The notes under the pieces were generated by a model. That model was not told where the DNA came from, did no database searches, and worked only from the letters and a program-made list of their open reading frames with translations. From Vicinamibacterales bacterium (GTDB taxonomy: Bacteria; Acidobacteriota; Vicinamibacteria; Vicinamibacterales; UBA2999), in the NCBI GenBank assembly GCA_035646375.1, contig DASRPM010000104.1, positions 4,025 to 68,024 of the forward strand: a stretch of 64,000 nucleotides of DNA, given 5' to 3'. Within the stretch, counting starts at the first letter, position 1; each line of letters starts with the position of its first letter. Below, in pieces: positions 60,377 through 64,000 of this stretch. A program made the position numbers and the translations under genes.

Positions 60377-61881
60377 AACCGCACCCCCATCATGAAGGTC
60401 GCGCCGGCTCCCGGTGCGTCCAGCGGGAAGGCGACGGTCAGGAAGACATGGTCGGTGTGAAAGCCGAAGCCGGTGGACGCGCGAAGGTCGTGGGGACGGC
60501 CGTTCTCCCACACCGAACCCGCGTCGAGAAAGAGCGCCGCGCCGTAGAAGCGGTATTCCAGCGACTGATGAAAGACGCGGTTGCCGCCGATCGGCGCCAG
60601 ATCGAACTTGTTCCAGCCGCGCAGGGTGGCCGAGTCGCCGAGCGTGAATCGCTCGAACAGCGGCGCCTGGCCGGTGATGCCGCCCCCGAAGACCTCGGCG
60701 ATGATGCCTGTATGGCGGCCGTTGAACTGGTAGCGCGCCCGTGCGAGATGGCGTGTGTAGCTGAAATCGCTGCCGAAGCCGTCGACCGACGCCCGCAGCT
60801 CGTACCCGGCCTCGACGGTTTGCCGCGTGCGCCGGTCGCGGTTCAACCGCTGGCTGTACACGAGTGCGCCCGTGACCACGCTGGCCATCTGCGAGTCCGG
60901 CGAGTGGTGCAGCGACTCGAGGCTCGACAGGCTGAGGCCGCCGCTGGCGCGGACGTGGCGGGTGAGCGCCACGGTGAGCTGCGGCTCCACCGTGATGCGC
61001 TGCCGGTACGGTTCGGGAACGGCTGGATCGGCCGCGAGCGCCGCGAGCACCGGCGCGCGCCACGTGTTGTTCAGCCACGACGCCTCGAGGCTGGCGGCCA
61101 CCCGGTCGGTGCCGAGGTGCCGCGACTCGAAGCGGACGCGGGCGCCGGAGTACTCCTCCACCAGCGTGTCGTTGTCGTCGAGAGCGAACCCGACCGTGAC
61201 GCGATGGTCGCGGCGGCCCATGGGGATGTCGTGCAGGCCGCTCCAGCCGGCGTCGGAGTGGTAGACGAACTTCGAGCGTGATTTCGCGAACGGAATCCAG
61301 CGCCGCCCTTCCGATTCGGTGAACTCGAAGACGACGTGGATCCAGCCCCGCCGCGTGCCGCGCTCGATGCGGCGCGAGACGTCGTAGCCCGGTTGCTCCC
61401 CCTTCAGCGCCTCGATCAGCCGGTCGGCCTCGGCGGGATCGAGCCGGGTGCCGACGAGCGCCTGCAGGCGGTCGCGCAGCGCCGCGCTGATCTCATGGTC
61501 CTTGAGCCCTTCGATTTCGACGCTCTCCACCACGTAGCGGGCGTTGATGTTCGTGCCCAGGCCGGCGTCGTCGCTGATGCGCGCGACCAGGAAGAACACG
61601 CGCACTTCGCCCCCGTCGCGGGGGTCGATGCGCATCGCCACGACGACCTCGGGGCGCTCTTCCTCGATGCGGCGGGCGAGCTGCGAGAGGTCCGGGCGGG
61701 CCAGCGCGCGCCCCACGAGGGCGTCGATGTCGCGGCGCAGGCCTGGACTGAGCTCGTCGGACGGCACGCCGACGACCTCCGCCGACTGGATCCGCGCGCC
61801 GTCCCAGGGTTCGGAGTCCTGTGCGGCGGCCGGACGCGGCGCCACACCAACGAGGCAGAGGAGCAGGATGAGGGTTCGCAT
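60373..61881 (-). CDS. Omp85 (BamA/TamA) family outer-membrane protein with POTRA-like N-terminal repeats
   Basis: Signal peptide; I-E-G POTRA-type segments (VVESVEIEGLKD); C-terminal barrel ending ...GATFMMGVRF. Confidence 0.8.
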   Translation of the reverse strand: MRTLILLLCLVGVAPRPAAAQDSEPWDGARIQSAEVVGVPSDELSPGLRRDIDALVGRALARPDLSQLARRIEEERPEVVVAMRIDPRDGGEVRVFFLVARISDDAGLGTNINARYVVESVEIEGLKDHEISAALRDRLQALVGTRLDPAEADRLIEALKGEQPGYDVSRRIERGTRRGWIHVVFEFTESEGRRWIPFAKSRSKFVYHSDAGWSGLHDIPMGRRDHRVTVGFALDDNDTLVEEYSGARVRFESRHLGTDRVAASLEASWLNNTWRAPVLAALAADPAVPEPYRQRITVEPQLTVALTRHVRASGGLSLSSLESLHHSPDSQMASVVTGALVYSQRLNRDRRTRQTVEAGYELRASVDGFGSDFSYTRHLARARYQFNGRHTGIIAEVFGGGITGQAPLFERFTLGDSATLRGWNKFDLAPIGGNRVFHQSLEYRFYGAALFLDAGSVWENGRPHDLRASTGFGFHTDHVFLTVAFPLDAPGAGATFMMGVRF

Positions 61882-62082
61882 GACCGCCGAGGGGGCAAGC
61901 CGCGCGCCATTCTACAAGTTGTTGATCGGCAACGGCTTTGGCCTGATGCGACCTGTGACGCCTCGGCACACCTGTGGAGCGTACGCCCGTCGCCGTGGCG
62001 CCGGATGCCGCGAACTCTCATGGAATCCAGCGGTCAACCGCGGGCAAGCAATCTGCAGTGGGCGCGGGACACTGGAGGTCAC

Positions 62083-62700
62083 ATGAAGCTCGTGCTCATT
62101 GGATCGTTGGAAGTCCTGGTGCTCGGTTCGCTGGCGCTCGCGCAGGCGCCACCGCCGCCGTCGTCGCCGGCAGATGCCTACAGGGTCGAACGCCCCTTCG
62201 CCGCGGGTGGCCACGTGCGGCTGCAGCTGGCGTCGGGCGACTACGTCCTCCGCGCCGGCGACAGCGACCGGATCGTCGTGCGCTGGGAGGCCGACGACGA
62301 GGCGCGGATCAAGGACGTCAAGGAACTGCTGGTGGACGTGCAGGTGACGGGCTCGACCGCCCGCATCGTGACTGAAGGCAAGGCCCGGCACGTGACGTTC
62401 GTCGTGGAGCTTCCGGCGCGGTCCGACGTGCATCTCAGGATGCGCGCCGGCGAGATCCGGGTGCAGGGGATCGACGGCCACAAGGACGTCCGGATGACGG
62501 CGGGCGAGCTGAAGATCGGCGTCCGGCGTGAATCGCTCGGCAGCGCGCACGCATCGGTCACCTTCGGCGACCTGGACGCTCGCGCGCTCGGCATCTCGAA
62601 GAGCGGCATCAAGCGCTCGCTCGACTGGATTGGCGGCGGCCGCTACGAGCTGGACGCCCGTCTTGGCGCCGGCGATCTGACGCTGGCCGAAACGCCGTAA
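62083..62700 (+). CDS. Secreted DUF4097-like (putative adhesin beta-solenoid) protein
   Basis: GGAGG upstream; signal peptide; repeated ...AGEIRVQG / AGELKIG / GAGDLTL strands. Confidence 0.6.
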   Translation: MKLVLIGSLEVLVLGSLALAQAPPPPSSPADAYRVERPFAAGGHVRLQLASGDYVLRAGDSDRIVVRWEADDEARIKDVKELLVDVQVTGSTARIVTEGKARHVTFVVELPARSDVHLRMRAGEIRVQGIDGHKDVRMTAGELKIGVRRESLGSAHASVTFGDLDARALGISKSGIKRSLDWIGGGRYELDARLGAGDLTLAETP

Positions 62701-62712
62701 ACCGCCCGGGCG

Positions 62713-63747
62713 CTAGGGTGTGATGTCCACCTTGATCTGAGCGGTCACGTTGGTATTGCGCACGCGCGCCGTGATCGTCGCGAGACCCAGCGTGCCTGTA
62801 GTGCCGGGCACGAATTCTGCCGTGGCAGCCTCCGAGTCGGTGCTTCGCGTGATGTTCTGGAAGCGCCCAAAGGGCTGGCCGCTGGCGTCGTTCACGATCG
62901 AGAAGTCAACGAGCGTGTTGGTGCTCACCTTGCCGATCGGTCGGGACAGCTTGGCCGTGACCGTGATCGTGTTGGTTTCGACCGCGCGCGACTGGGCGAG
63001 CGGATCGGCGCTGAGCGACATGAAGTCGGGCATCGCCGGACTGAACGTAATTGTCTGCGTGGCCGAGAAGCCTGCCGCTCCGCTGGCGCCGATCGTCGTG
63101 GCCGTCACGAGTGCCGAGCCGGGGGTGACCGGCGCGAACAGCTGCACCCGCGCGATGCCGTCGGCACCGGCCGTGACGTTGTTCTCTTCCCGCTTCGGGG
63201 TGGTTCCCTCACGCGCGAAGCTCCCGTCGGTCGTCTTGAACGAGACCGTGCGCGAGGCGCCGGCGGGGTTGAGCTCGGCCTGCAGAAACGCGCTCGAGAC
63301 GCCGTCGGCGTCGATCTGATTCGACGACGTGATCAACCTCAGCACCGAGTCCGCCGTCGCCGGTCCGAAAGTGACGGTGACCGACCGCGAGACGAGGACG
63401 TCGTTGCCCTCTTTGACATCCGCCGTGACCGTCACCGTCTTCGGGACGGACTCGCTGGTGAGGAAGACCGACGCTTCGCCGGCGCCATCCGGCGCGTGCG
63501 CCGTGGTGGGCGAGAGCGTGCCGCCGGAGCTCGTGAACGCGATCGTCAGGTTGCGCGTCGTGGACGTCGTGACCCGGGCGGTGATCCGCGAGGTCGAGAA
63601 CCCGTTGGCCGGGATGGCGTCCGGGCTCGCCGTCAGCAGCAGCACCTCGTCGGGTGCCGACACCTTGTTCGGGTCGTAGCAGCCCGCTGCTGCAAGGGCC
63701 GCGAGCGACGCGAGGCTGACCAACAGACGCGCGCACACGGTGGTCAC
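62713..63747 (-). CDS. Lipoprotein with tandem bacterial Ig-like (Big_1/invasin-type) domains
   Basis: GTG start in a GTGA overlap gives MTTVCARLLVSLASLAALAAAGC (lipobox). Repeated ...ANGFSTSRITARV / DADGVSSAFLQAEL / GADGIARVQL segments. Confidence 0.7.
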   Translation of the reverse strand: MTTVCARLLVSLASLAALAAAGCYDPNKVSAPDEVLLLTASPDAIPANGFSTSRITARVTTSTTRNLTIAFTSSGGTLSPTTAHAPDGAGEASVFLTSESVPKTVTVTADVKEGNDVLVSRSVTVTFGPATADSVLRLITSSNQIDADGVSSAFLQAELNPAGASRTVSFKTTDGSFAREGTTPKREENNVTAGADGIARVQLFAPVTPGSALVTATTIGASGAAGFSATQTITFSPAMPDFMSLSADPLAQSRAVETNTITVTAKLSRPIGKVSTNTLVDFSIVNDASGQPFGRFQNITRSTDSEAATAEFVPGTTGTLGLATITARVRNTNVTAQIKVDITP

Positions 63748-64000
63748 TCGAAGCTGACGAAGCACGCGGCGAGGTCGCTGGTGCCCGCCTCGCGCAGCGT
63801 CACGCGGAACGAAGCAACGTCCTCGGCCGTTCCGCTAATGGTTTCGTTGAACGTCGCGTCGACTGCCGCCGCCCCGATCTTCCGAGTGCGGGTCACCGTC
63901 TTTTCCCCGCCGGCAAACACGAGATCATTGCTCGCGGCAAGGACCAACTCGAGTGTCCGGTCGATTGGCGTCGGGGTCTTCACGTCCACGAGCTGCACGC
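63744..64000 (-). CDS. Hypothetical protein, C-terminal fragment (5' end outside the window)
   Basis: Open frame to the right edge, ending ...ACFVSFE; the stop overlaps the next gene's start. Confidence 0.4.
   Translation of the reverse strand, partial: VQLVDVKTPTPIDRTLELVLAASNDLVFAGGEKTVTRTRKIGAAAVDATFNETISGTAEDVASFRVTLREAGTSDLAACFVSFE

Overview
This is a high-GC (roughly two-thirds G+C by eye), gene-dense chromosomal window. It looks like a soil Acidobacteriota-type genome, possibly Gemmatimonadota. The pointers are a CarboxypepD_reg-type TonB-dependent receptor, two ECF-sigma/Ser-Thr-kinase modules, and many GTG/TTG starts. I support about 62 protein-coding genes and found no rRNA, tRNA or CRISPR. 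Recognisable content, left to right:
- HtrA (truncated at the left edge), secreted hydrolases and a beta-helix protein.
- A minimal DUF2235/Tle1-like hydrolase next to a periplasmic SYLF protein, then msrB.
- A five-gene periplasmic operon with two paralogous PQQ-type beta-propeller dehydrogenases.
- A trehalose/alpha-glucan block: OtsA-OtsB fusion, TreS, a GT-A glycosyltransferase, a TM-helix membrane protein, and GlgB further on.
- A LytS/LytTR pair, and a rhomboid-PheA operon.
- An Att-like FtsX/ABC exporter operon headed by an EVE-domain gene.
- An IpdC-like decarboxylase coupled to a TPR Ser/Thr kinase and an ECF sigma.
- A lone IS630-type HTH fragment, a large TonB-dependent receptor, and YcaQ/AlkZ.
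- A TAT-signal Zn-alcohol dehydrogenase and an exported pyrophosphatase.
- An Omp85 / periplasmic protein / NtrY-like / NtrX-like operon.

Structure not explained by genes:
- Gene boundaries are filled with short-unit (7-9 nt) tandem arrays paired with their own inverted copies.
- A 22-nt perfect inverted repeat brackets the PQQ operon core.
- A 36-bp perfect palindrome covers one PQQ gene's stop codon.
- 10-bp stems end exactly on non-ATG start codons.

All family names come from motif recognition by eye; no searches were run. Hand-derived coordinates may be off by 1-2 nt.
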